DNA from: Candidatus Omnitrophota bacterium
GTDB lineage: Bacteria > Omnitrophota > Omnitrophia > Omnitrophales > JACROU01
Assembly: GCA_016214265.1 (NCBI GenBank)
Contig: JACROU010000037.1
Location: forward strand, 3,859-67,858
DNA: 64,000 nt
Direction of reading: 5' to 3'
Shown here in pieces: positions 51,050 to 59,642 of this stretch (the stretch's first letter is position 1; the number at the start of each line of letters is the position of its first letter). Under the pieces are notes generated by a model. It saw nothing but the letters and a program-made list of their open reading frames with translations, was not told where the DNA came from and searched no databases. Both the position numbers and the translations under genes were made by a program.

Positions 51050-51202
51050 TTGTCTTTTTTTTCGCATAACCAGTTCTGAAGGAGAAATCTCGCCGTGAGT
51101 TCTCCTTCGGAGTTGCTCGCAAGCCTTAGATTGTGACCCTGGTCACTGCTTAAAACGAAAGCTTTGTGTATCTTTGCCACATCAAAACAGGAGGTTGTTA
51201 TG

Positions 51203-51373
51203 GCTACTCCAAAAATCCAGAAATCGATGCCTCAAACAAAAAAAGAAAAGAAGATCTCTCGCGAAGAAATTGCCCGGCTGGCCTTCGAGCTCTACGAGAA
51301 AGACGGCAGGGAAGAGGGTAAGGATCTTGAGCATTGGTTTGAAGCCGAAAGGATTTTGAGGTCGCATCAATAA
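51203..51373 (+). CDS. DUF2934-like small protein
   Basis: AGGAGG RBS. EEIARLAFELYEKDGREEGKDLEHWFEAERIL matches the DUF2934 signature. Confidence 0.4.
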   Translation, partial: ATPKIQKSMPQTKKEKKISREEIARLAFELYEKDGREEGKDLEHWFEAERILRSHQ

Positions 51374-51382
51374 GCAAATAAC

Positions 51383-52171
51383 ATGACCATTCCGCTTCAA
51401 AATTCGGTTGTCTATGGCCCCATACAATCCCGCCGACTGGGGAATTCTTTGGGCATCAATGTGCTTCCGACTGACATTAAATTTTGCCTTTCAAGCTGCA
51501 TCTATTGCCAATATGGCTGGACTGACTTGAGCGCGATGCAAAAAGTGAAACTTCATCCTGCCACAGAGCTGGTGAAGGAAATCGAGGACAGTTTTAAAAA
51601 AATATTTTCAACCGGCACCATCATTGACTCCATCACTTTTTCCGGCAACGGTGAGTCCACGCTGCATCCCGAATTCGGAACTTTAGTCCGGGAAGTTAAG
51701 CGATTGCGCAATCACTATTTTCCTGCCATCCCCGTTTCAATCCTTTCAGATTCTTCCCGGGTTTATCTTCCCGAAGTGCGTGAAGCCCTGGAGAAATTGG
51801 ACGAGCGGTATATGAAACTAGACACGGGCGATCAGGAAATGTATCAGAAAATAAACAATCCGGTTGTAAAGGCGGATTGGAACCGGATCGTCGACGGGCT
51901 CAGCCGTCTTTCTCAGGTGACATTGCAGAGTCTTTTTCTATCAGAGCCTGTAGATAATTCAAGCGGGGAAGCTCTTAACCGCTGGCTTGCAGCGCTCGCA
52001 CGTATTCATCCTGTCGGCCTTCAAATTTATACTGTATACCGTGATACGGCGGATCCGAAAGTAAAGTCGGTGACGTCGAAACGGCTGTCTGAAATCGCGC
52101 ATTTGGCCTGTCAAGTAACGGACTTGAGTACGGTGACTGCGGTCACAGATACTTTTTTGGAATTGATGTAG
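51383..52171 (+). CDS. Radical SAM domain protein
   Basis: CLSSCIYCQ (Cx3Cx2C) preceded by a GPIQSRRLGNSLGIN block. Confidence 0.55.
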   Translation: MTIPLQNSVVYGPIQSRRLGNSLGINVLPTDIKFCLSSCIYCQYGWTDLSAMQKVKLHPATELVKEIEDSFKKIFSTGTIIDSITFSGNGESTLHPEFGTLVREVKRLRNHYFPAIPVSILSDSSRVYLPEVREALEKLDERYMKLDTGDQEMYQKINNPVVKADWNRIVDGLSRLSQVTLQSLFLSEPVDNSSGEALNRWLAALARIHPVGLQIYTVYRDTADPKVKSVTSKRLSEIAHLACQVTDLSTVTAVTDTFLELM

Positions 52172-52195
52172 CTTTTTTCCGAGAGGTCGGACGAG

Positions 52196-52720
52196 ATGGC
52201 GCACAAGAAAAAAGAATTTAATGTGGTTCAATTACTCGAAAAAAGTCACGATGAGACTTTTCAGAGGACCGATCAATTTCGTGATCTGTTAATCAATCTG
52301 CGTTACGAAGGCAAGTTGTCACTGGGCAAAAACCTAAAGCAGGCCGAAGATGTGCTTAAGTTTTTTAGCCAGGAGCATGCCGGGCATATGCAGTTCGAAG
52401 AAGAAATCCTTTTCCCTTATTTAAAATCTCACGTGCCGAAACTTGAGCCGGTAATTTATCTTCTTCATGCGGAACATTTGGATTTTAAGAACAACCTGAA
52501 AAATTTTGAGAATCTCATCGGTGAGCTTTCCAAAGAAAGGCAGGAAAGCGACCGCGCCGTCATTTTTGAAAAAATCAGAGAAACAGGGGCTTATCTTATT
52601 TTCCTTCTCAGAAGTCACAATCAGTCTGAAAGTGAAAGCGTGTATAAAGTGATCGATCGTGAACTCCATGACGATGAGAAGGAAGAGCTTGCTGAAAAAA
52701 TAGAGAAGTTTCTGCCGTAA
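52196..52720 (+). CDS. Hemerythrin-like (HHE cation-binding) domain protein
   Basis: H/E-rich pairs (EHAGHMQFEEEILFPYL; HAEHLDF). Paralogous to the C-terminus of 14705..15628. Confidence 0.55.
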   Translation: MAHKKKEFNVVQLLEKSHDETFQRTDQFRDLLINLRYEGKLSLGKNLKQAEDVLKFFSQEHAGHMQFEEEILFPYLKSHVPKLEPVIYLLHAEHLDFKNNLKNFENLIGELSKERQESDRAVIFEKIRETGAYLIFLLRSHNQSESESVYKVIDRELHDDEKEELAEKIEKFLP

Positions 52721-52738
52721 CCGGAAAAACCCAAATCC

Positions 52739-52981
52739 ATGAAGCAAACTTACAAATGGCTGCCCGTAATAAAAAAAGAAAATTGTACGGGCTGTGGTTT
52801 ATGCGTTGAAGCATGTACGCCAAAATGTTTAGAGGTTGTCGATGGTGTTGTTGTTCTCACGCTTCCGATTCTTTGCGGAAGTGAGGAGCATTGCATTTCA
52901 CCTTGTAACTATGAAGCCATTGAGATGAAATGGGTGCCTGCGCCCGGACGTGACTATATCGGTTTGTGGCACGAAAAATAG
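52739..52981 (+). CDS. Small ferredoxin-like [4Fe-4S] protein
   Basis: CTGCGLCVEACTP Cx2Cx2Cx3CP motif plus additional Cys. Confidence 0.5.
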   Translation: MKQTYKWLPVIKKENCTGCGLCVEACTPKCLEVVDGVVVLTLPILCGSEEHCISPCNYEAIEMKWVPAPGRDYIGLWHEK

Positions 52982-53011
52982 TTTTCCCTCCATATTTATA
53001 TTCTGACATTA

Positions 53012-53027
53012 TGTGATCACCGTCACA
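53012..53027. promoter_or_regulatory. CRP-family-like site TGTGATCACCGTCACA upstream of rrf2-nosZ
   Basis: TGTGA-N6-TCACA. Extended match ATGTGANNNNCGTCACAGTTTT with the site at 13799. About 95 bp upstream of the Rrf2 start. Confidence 0.4.
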
Positions 53028-53121
53028 GTTTTTGATCTTCTTGAAATGTATGATAATAATGTGGATGTTAGTATCCATAATTTGAACGTTTATTCGTTTC
53101 TGTCTGAAGGGAATCTGAATT

Positions 53122-53589
53122 ATGTTCCGCCTGTATTCAAAAGGCTGTGAGTACGTAATCCGCGCATTGGCGCTTGTGAATGCCTCAAAAGAGGGGCGGT
53201 GTTTTTCTGTTAAGGATATTTGCAGAAAGGCCCGGTTGCCGGAATGGTATACCCGGAAGGTTTTTCAATCGTTGGTTCGAAACGGTTATTTAGAGGCTTC
53301 GCGCGGCCCGGGGGGTGGTTACACGTTAAAAGTCCACCCCAGTAAAATTTCGCTGTTAAATATGATCCGCGCAGTTGATGGTAAGGATGTTTTAGATCAA
53401 TGCATGATGAGTTCGGGAAAATGCAAGAACAAGAAATCCTGTGTGATGCATAACAAGTGGATTAGGATAAAAGAAAGTGTGGTTCGGGAATTAAAGTCGG
53501 TTACGGTTCAAGATCTAATGGATTTAACTTCTGGCAGAAGCAAACATGTTTCAACATTAAAAAGGAGGCATGAATCAAATGGGCATTAA
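53122..53589 (+). CDS. Rrf2-family transcriptional regulator (NsrR/IscR-like, 3-Cys)
   Basis: N-terminal wHTH (CEYVIRALALV...VKDICRKARLPEWYTRKVFQSLVRNGYLEASRGPGGGYTL) plus three C-terminal Cys. Confidence 0.8.
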   Translation: MFRLYSKGCEYVIRALALVNASKEGRCFSVKDICRKARLPEWYTRKVFQSLVRNGYLEASRGPGGGYTLKVHPSKISLLNMIRAVDGKDVLDQCMMSSGKCKNKKSCVMHNKWIRIKESVVRELKSVTVQDLMDLTSGRSKHVSTLKRRHESNGH

Positions 53590-55597
53590 AAACTGGAAAT
53601 GGTTTGCCGTGCTGGTCGCGGTGATTTTTGCGGGAGGTTTGTTTTTTCTCGGCAAGCCCGCAATGAAGGAGGTCAGCGCCGTGCAGGCGCCTGGACTCCC
53701 TGCGGACTCCATGCAGGTTATCCAAAAGAGAGGATTGAGCCCAGATGATGTTTTTGGCGCTCTGTCAACGTATGTGCCAACCGGGAAATATGATGAATAT
53801 TATATGTTTGCGTCGGGTGGGCATGGCGGACAAGTTTTGGTGATAGGCCTTCCTTCGATGAGACTGCTTCGAGTGATTGCCGTGTTTGAGCCGGAGTCAT
53901 GGCAGGGATACGGATTTGGCGTGAAAGAAAATCCGCTGGTCAATAAAACAGAAACTATTCCGGGACAGAAACCCAAAGATCTGTCTTGGGCGGATACGCA
54001 TCATCCCGGCCTCAGTGAAACAGACGGAAAATATGACGGCCAGTTTTTGTTTATCGGGGATAAAGCAAATGGCCGTTTAGCGGTAATTGATTTACGGGAT
54101 TTTGAAACGAAGCAGATTGTGGATAATCCCGTAGTCAATAACGATCACGGAGCCGCGTTTGTCACGCCAAACACGGAATATGTGGTGGAGTCGACGCAAT
54201 TTTCAGTTCCGCTCGGAGGCAAATACGCGCCGATTTCAGATTATCAAAAAGAATATCGCGGATTGGCTACGTTCTGGAAATTCGACCGGGCCAAAGGCCG
54301 TATTGATGGGGAAAAATCATTCGCGCTTGAATTGCCTCCGTACTGGCAGGATTTAGCCGATGCGGGAAAAGGGCCCAGCGACGGGTTTGTGTTCATCAAC
54401 TCGTTTAATACAGAAATGGCGACAGGGGGCATTGAGGAAGGAAATCCTCCGTTTGAGGCCGGCGTGTCTCAGCGGGATATGGATTATCTGCACGTGATTA
54501 ATTGGAAGAAAGCGGAAGAAGTAGTGCAGCAGGGCAAGTTCAAAGTCGTGAACGGGATGAAAGTGATTCCGCTCGATGTTTCCGCTGCGGAAGGGCTTCT
54601 TTATTTTATTCCCGAGCCGAAGAGTCCGCACGGAGTCGACATCACACCGAGCGGGAAGCATATCGTGATTGGCGGCAAGTTGGATCCGCACGTGACGATT
54701 TACGCCATCGATTTGATCCAGCAGGCGATTGAGAAAAAAGATTATGAGGGCACGGATCCGTACGGCATTCCGATTCTGAGATTCGATGCCGTGAAAAAAG
54801 CGCAGGTCGAATTGGGGTTGGGACCGCTACACACGCAGTTTGACAATCACGGTTACGCGTACACCAGCTTGTTTCTGGAAAGCGCCGTTGCCCGATGGAC
54901 GTTGGGCGACGATAAGTTTCAAGCCCCGGAAAAACCCTGGACGTTGGTGAGCAAAATCCCCGTTTCGTACAACGTGGGGCATATCGCTGTGGCTCAGGGC
55001 GACACAGTGGAGCCGGACGGGAATTATTTGGTCGCGCTCAACAAATGGTCGGTGGACCGGTTTCCCAACATCGGACCGCTTTTGCCGCAGAATCTTCAGC
55101 TGATCGACATCGCGCAAACCGGAGATCACATGAAGCTTCTGTACGATATGCCGATCGGGATGGCGGAGCCGCATTACGCTCAAATTGTCAGGGCCGACAA
55201 AATCAAAGCCTGGGAAGTGTATCCGGAAGTTGGGTGGAACGCGGAGACGCAATCGAAGAGTAATACCGCGGCTACTGAAAGCAAGGTCGTGCGGAGTGGC
55301 AACAATGTGGAAATTTTTATGACCGCTTTGCGCAGTCACTTTGATCCGGAACATATTAAGGTCAAACAGGGCGATCACGTGACGCTTCACATCACCAACA
55401 TGGAAAGAACCCGCGACGCCACCCACGGTTTCAACATTTCGAATTATAACATTGCGGCCAGTATGGAACCGGGTGAGACTGTGGATATTGATTTTATCGC
55501 CGATAAACCGGGCGTGTTTCCGTATTACTGCCTGGAGTTTTGTTCTGCGCTGCATCTGGAAATGATGGGTTATCTGATGGTAGAACCTGCGGAATAG
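53570..55597 (+). CDS. nosZ: Nitrous-oxide reductase NosZ with Sec-type signal (clade II-like); ATG at 53579 is the better-spaced start
   Basis: Seven-bladed propeller CuZ-domain His-containing blocks. C-terminal CuA motif CLEFCSALHLEMMGY. No RR motif in the signal peptide. Confidence 0.92.
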   Translation: MNQMGIKNWKWFAVLVAVIFAGGLFFLGKPAMKEVSAVQAPGLPADSMQVIQKRGLSPDDVFGALSTYVPTGKYDEYYMFASGGHGGQVLVIGLPSMRLLRVIAVFEPESWQGYGFGVKENPLVNKTETIPGQKPKDLSWADTHHPGLSETDGKYDGQFLFIGDKANGRLAVIDLRDFETKQIVDNPVVNNDHGAAFVTPNTEYVVESTQFSVPLGGKYAPISDYQKEYRGLATFWKFDRAKGRIDGEKSFALELPPYWQDLADAGKGPSDGFVFINSFNTEMATGGIEEGNPPFEAGVSQRDMDYLHVINWKKAEEVVQQGKFKVVNGMKVIPLDVSAAEGLLYFIPEPKSPHGVDITPSGKHIVIGGKLDPHVTIYAIDLIQQAIEKKDYEGTDPYGIPILRFDAVKKAQVELGLGPLHTQFDNHGYAYTSLFLESAVARWTLGDDKFQAPEKPWTLVSKIPVSYNVGHIAVAQGDTVEPDGNYLVALNKWSVDRFPNIGPLLPQNLQLIDIAQTGDHMKLLYDMPIGMAEPHYAQIVRADKIKAWEVYPEVGWNAETQSKSNTAATESKVVRSGNNVEIFMTALRSHFDPEHIKVKQGDHVTLHITNMERTRDATHGFNISNYNIAASMEPGETVDIDFIADKPGVFPYYCLEFCSALHLEMMGYLMVEPAE

Positions 55598-55600
55598 TTT

Positions 55601-58363
55601 ATGTCAGGACCAGGTCTTGAAAATCAAGACCTGGTCCTGGATTGGGAATCGTTCATGGAAAAAAAGACGGGAGTAAGGGCGCCTCGCGAGGCGCCCCTAC
55701 TGACGAGCCTATTGCTTGTGGCGGGAATTATTTTACTGCTTTTTTCTCTCGTTTTTCCTTACTGGAAAATTCACGTCATCGCTCCGCAGTACCCGAAGGG
55801 ATTAAACATTTCGATATTTGTCAATCATCTTGAAGGCGATGTTCAAGAAATTGACATGTTGAATCACTATATTGGAATGAAAATGCTGGGCAAAGCCGCT
55901 CAGATTGAGCGCAGCGTTGCGATTGCGGGTATTTCAACCATCACACTTTCGCTTCTTGTCGCACTTTTTTTGCGGCGCCGATGGTCGATTTTGTTTATTC
56001 TTCCGGCTATTTTCTTTCCCTCCATTTTCGCGCTAGACCTTTTTCTCTGGTTAAGAGATTACGGGCTTCACCTGGATCCGCATGCTCCGTTAAGTTCTTC
56101 CATCAAACCTTTTGTCCCGACGCTTTTCGGGAAAGGGATTATCGGTCAGTTTAAATCCATTTCATCGTTTGAAATCGGATTTTATTTCAGTGTTCTTGCG
56201 GCATTGTTAGCTTCCGTCGCTTCGATTCTGCGTTTCGGCGGCGGGAAAAAAATAGCGCATCAAATAATTCCCCTCGCTATCGGCCTTTCAGTCCTTTTCG
56301 GATCTTCTTCGGCCATCGCTAAAACAATTGATGTGATGACCGAATGTCCGGTGATGGATATTCAGCATGCTCTTGCCATTGCCGAACCCGGGGACACGAT
56401 TCGAGTTCACGGCGGCCGGGTGTATCACGGCCCGTGGGTGATTGATAAATCGGTAAAACTTGTCGGAGAAAATTTCCCCGTGATTGACGGCGGGGGAAAA
56501 GGAACCGTGGTGGATCTCCGGGCGCCTAACATTGAGATGCGGGGATTCGAGATTCGCGGGAGCGGCAATTCCCTCGTGGGCGAGGACACGGGAATTGTGG
56601 CGGAGGCGCCCGGCATTTTATTGGAAGACAATCGCCTGGATGACGTTCTTTTCGGGATTTCTCTGAAGCGCGCGCCGAAGTCGACCCTACGCGGCAATAC
56701 ACTTCACGGCAAAAGTCTTCCCGAGGCCCGCCGCGGCGATTTGATTCGCGTTTGGTACAGCGATGATGTGGTGCTGGACGGTAATCACACGACGGAAGGC
56801 CGCGACGCCGTGATCTGGTTTTCAAAACACGTGCTCCTTGAAAATAATATTTTTGAAGGCGGTCGTTACGGCCTGCATTACATGTATTGCGATGATTCCA
56901 CGGTGAAAAATAATATGTTCACCGGAAATTCCGTGGGTGTTTATATGATGTACAGTGAGCGCATTCAAATTCTTGGGAACCGGATTCTGAATAATCGCGG
57001 GCCCAGCGGATTTGGAATCGGCTTGAAAGATATGAGCAATGCTAAAGTTGAAAATAACATCATCGCGAATAACCGGGTGGGGATGTTCTTTGACGGGGCA
57101 ACGGGGGATTACCAACGAAATCTGATCGCGTTTAATGATATCGGCATTACCTTGCTTTCATCCTCTCAGCGCAATCATTTTAAGGAAAATAGTTTTGTCG
57201 AAAACGCCGAACAGGTGATTATCGAAGGCATGGGATCCACGATGTTGAATGACTGGAACGGGAATTTCTGGAGTGATTATCGCGGTGTGGATGCGAATCA
57301 AGACGGAGCGGGTGACAGACCGTATCAATCGAGAAAGCTATTCGAAAGACTGGTGGACCGGTATCCCGTTCTCAAACTTTTTTCGGCCAGTCCGTCCACG
57401 CAGGCGATTGATTTTGCCTCATCCACGTTTCCCGTTTTTGCGCCTCAGTCCCGGTTCCAGGATGCTGCCCCGCTTACGAATCCGGTTTTGCCCGAGGTGC
57501 GTGTTGAAACCGGGAAGCGATCATGGCCGTTTGTGATGATTTCGGGGATGTTGTTTTTGCCCATTTTGGGGCTTACAATCAGGAATCGATCGGACCTAAA
57601 ACACGGACTACCAATGCCATCAACCTCGACATCTTCAACTTTAGAATCCAACATCGCGATTCAAGTTTCCGAACTCACAAAAAATTTCGGAAAAGTCCAC
57701 GCGCTGAAACAAGTCAGCTTTCAGGTGAAACAGGGAGAAACGCTGGTGTTGTGGGGGCCGAACGGGGCCGGCAAGACGACGGTGCTTCGCTCGCTGCTCG
57801 GCATTATTCCATTTGAGGGCCAATTGAATGTTTGGGGGCTTGATGTGCGCTCGGCCGGAAAAGCCGTGCGGCGCGAGATCGGTTACGTGCCGCAGGAAAT
57901 CCGGTTTTACAACGATCAAACGGTTTGGGAGACGATTTGTTTTTTTGGACGGCTTCGCCGGGTCAGCAAAGAACGGGCGAAGCAGCTTCTCAAGGAATGG
58001 GATTTGGAAGCCTCCGTTCAAAAAAAAGTGAACGCGCTTTCGGGCGGGATGAAACAGCGGCTGGCTTTGGTGGTTTCTCTGTTGTCGGATCCGCCGATTA
58101 TTTTTCTGGATGAAGCCACCAGTCATTTGGATGTTCAGTCCCGCCGTGAATTTATCGCCCTGCTCGAGCGTCTTAAAAAAATGGGGAAGACTCTGATGTT
58201 GTGTTCACACCGTTCCAGCGAAGTGTGGAAATTGGCCGACCGGGTGCTCGTTCTGGATCAGGGGCTTAAAGTGATCGAGGGTTCGCCGGAAGAAGTGGTG
58301 CTTCATTTGGGCAAGGGAGCCTCCAATTGGTCCGCCGGCGGACCAATTGAGAGGGGCGATTGA
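55601..58363 (+). CDS. nosDF: Single 920-aa ORF: N-terminal 5-TM NosB-like domain + periplasmic NosD (parallel beta-helix) + TM + cytoplasmic ABC ATPase NosF
   Basis: Uninterrupted frame. NosD-type beta-helix repeats (…NNIFEGGRYGLHYMY…NNMFTGNSVGVYMMY…). Walker A GPNGAGKTT, ABC signature LSGGMKQRLAL, Walker B IIFLDEATSHLD. Hydropathy gives a topologically consistent arrangement. Confidence 0.8.
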   Translation: MSGPGLENQDLVLDWESFMEKKTGVRAPREAPLLTSLLLVAGIILLLFSLVFPYWKIHVIAPQYPKGLNISIFVNHLEGDVQEIDMLNHYIGMKMLGKAAQIERSVAIAGISTITLSLLVALFLRRRWSILFILPAIFFPSIFALDLFLWLRDYGLHLDPHAPLSSSIKPFVPTLFGKGIIGQFKSISSFEIGFYFSVLAALLASVASILRFGGGKKIAHQIIPLAIGLSVLFGSSSAIAKTIDVMTECPVMDIQHALAIAEPGDTIRVHGGRVYHGPWVIDKSVKLVGENFPVIDGGGKGTVVDLRAPNIEMRGFEIRGSGNSLVGEDTGIVAEAPGILLEDNRLDDVLFGISLKRAPKSTLRGNTLHGKSLPEARRGDLIRVWYSDDVVLDGNHTTEGRDAVIWFSKHVLLENNIFEGGRYGLHYMYCDDSTVKNNMFTGNSVGVYMMYSERIQILGNRILNNRGPSGFGIGLKDMSNAKVENNIIANNRVGMFFDGATGDYQRNLIAFNDIGITLLSSSQRNHFKENSFVENAEQVIIEGMGSTMLNDWNGNFWSDYRGVDANQDGAGDRPYQSRKLFERLVDRYPVLKLFSASPSTQAIDFASSTFPVFAPQSRFQDAAPLTNPVLPEVRVETGKRSWPFVMISGMLFLPILGLTIRNRSDLKHGLPMPSTSTSSTLESNIAIQVSELTKNFGKVHALKQVSFQVKQGETLVLWGPNGAGKTTVLRSLLGIIPFEGQLNVWGLDVRSAGKAVRREIGYVPQEIRFYNDQTVWETICFFGRLRRVSKERAKQLLKEWDLEASVQKKVNALSGGMKQRLALVVSLLSDPPIIFLDEATSHLDVQSRREFIALLERLKKMGKTLMLCSHRSSEVWKLADRVLVLDQGLKVIEGSPEEVVLHLGKGASNWSAGGPIERGD
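55607..55637 (+). terminator. Perfect 14-bp stem / 3-nt loop hairpin immediately 3' of the nosZ stop, inside the annotated 5' end of the next ORF
   Basis: GGACCAGGTCTTGA-aaa-TCAAGACCTGGTCC. Likely an mRNA 3' stabiliser or partial terminator. Suggests the downstream gene starts at ATG 55655. Confidence 0.4.
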
Positions 58364-59193
58364 TGGATCTTGTGAATGTCGGAATTATTTTGAGGAAGGA
58401 AATCGAGGATGCCCGGCGCAATCGCTGGTTTATTCTGCTTTCCGTTATTTTTTCAGGCCTGACTCTGACACTTTGTCTGTTTGGCTATTCCGGACTCGGC
58501 AATTTCGGTGTGGCGGGGTTCGGAAGAACGGCCGCGAGCATTCTCAATCTGGTGCTCTTGATTGTGCCGCTGATGGGACTCGTGCTCGGCGCGGTGAGCA
58601 TTTCCGGGGAGCGGGAGCACGGAACCTTGCTGATGCTCCTGGCGCAGCCCGTGACATCGTCGGAAATTCTCGTGGGAAAATATTTGGGTGTCGCGATCGC
58701 GGTGAGCGGCTCGCTTTTACTCGGTTTCGGATTAAGCGGCATGGTGATCGGATGGTACGGCGGCGCGGCTAATGTCGCCGGATATTTGATTTTGGTGGGA
58801 TTCACGTTGCTGCTTGGACTGGTGACGCTCGGACTCGGATTTTGTTTATCGGTATTTAATCACAAAAGCGCGACTGCTATCGGAGGCGCCATTTTCGTGT
58901 GGTTTTTGCTTTTGTTCATCAGTGATTTGGGCATGATGGGAACGGCGATGGTGCTGAAATTGGCTCCGCGAGTCCTGCTGTGGTTTACTTTTCTTAATCC
59001 TGTTCAGGTATTCCGATTGGCGGTGATCAATCTTCTGCACGGTGATTTGGAAAGCTTGGGCGGAGTCGGAACTTATGCGATGGAGGTTTTCGGCAGCGGA
59101 GCAACCTGGTTCTTTGCCGGTTTCTTATTTTTATGGGTTGTTGTACCATTGGTGTTATCATTGGTTGTTTTCAAAAGGAAATGTGTTTTATGA
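58360..59193 (+). CDS. nosY: ABC-2 type permease NosY
   Basis: 6-TM. Start overlaps the nosDF stop (ATGA). Confidence 0.8.
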   Translation: MMDLVNVGIILRKEIEDARRNRWFILLSVIFSGLTLTLCLFGYSGLGNFGVAGFGRTAASILNLVLLIVPLMGLVLGAVSISGEREHGTLLMLLAQPVTSSEILVGKYLGVAIAVSGSLLLGFGLSGMVIGWYGGAANVAGYLILVGFTLLLGLVTLGLGFCLSVFNHKSATAIGGAIFVWFLLLFISDLGMMGTAMVLKLAPRVLLWFTFLNPVQVFRLAVINLLHGDLESLGGVGTYAMEVFGSGATWFFAGFLFLWVVVPLVLSLVVFKRKCVL

Positions 59194-59642
59194 CGCGAAT
59201 TTTTATCGCCGGACTTCTTTTTTTGCTGATCGGATGCGGGAATAACGCCTTGAATCTTGAGCCGCATATCCGCTACGGCAATGACACGTGCAGTGATTGC
59301 CGCATGATTATCAATGAAGAGCCGTTTGCCGCCGCCATTATTGTTTCGCCTGAGCTTACGGTGAAATTCGACAGCATCAGTTGTTTGCTTCGTTACCATC
59401 AGGAAAACCCGTCCGTCGGTGGAACTATGTGGGTTCACGATTTTGATACGCGGCAGTGGGTGAATGCGCGCTCGGCGTTTTTTGTGCAGAGTAAAGATAT
59501 TTTGACGCCGATGGGCGACGGCTTGCTGGCGTTTTCAAGCCGGGATTCTGCTCAGGCCTGGGTTAACAAGACAAAGGGAACCTTTTACGAATTCTCAGAA
59601 CTTTCCAAAATACAAATCTCAAAGGGAGGCGTTGTTTCATGA
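59190..59642 (+). CDS. nosL: Copper chaperone lipoprotein NosL
   Basis: Lipobox LIGC. CSDCRM…M copper-binding pattern. ATG overlaps the nosY stop. Confidence 0.8.
   Translation: MTRIFIAGLLFLLIGCGNNALNLEPHIRYGNDTCSDCRMIINEEPFAAAIIVSPELTVKFDSISCLLRYHQENPSVGGTMWVHDFDTRQWVNARSAFFVQSKDILTPMGDGLLAFSSRDSAQAWVNKTKGTFYEFSELSKIQISKGGVVS

Noticed and set aside
51078-51108. Hairpin GAAGGAGAA-N13-TTCTCCTTC after crp
   Set aside because: Imperfect, with a large loop and a T-run upstream rather than downstream. Possibly a weak terminator, but not convincing enough to annotate.
53044-53075. Inverted repeat TGGATGTTAGTATCCA upstream of rrf2 as an NsrR-type operator
   Set aside because: Only 5-bp arms and no resemblance to characterised NsrR/IscR boxes. 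Mentioned here only as a candidate autoregulatory site.
54827-55555. 242-aa antisense ORF within nosZ
   Set aside because: Antisense to the conserved NosZ CuA domain region. Arg/His-rich artefact.
57641-58126. 161-aa antisense ORF within the nosF portion
   Set aside because: Overlaps Walker A/B motifs of NosF on the opposite strand.
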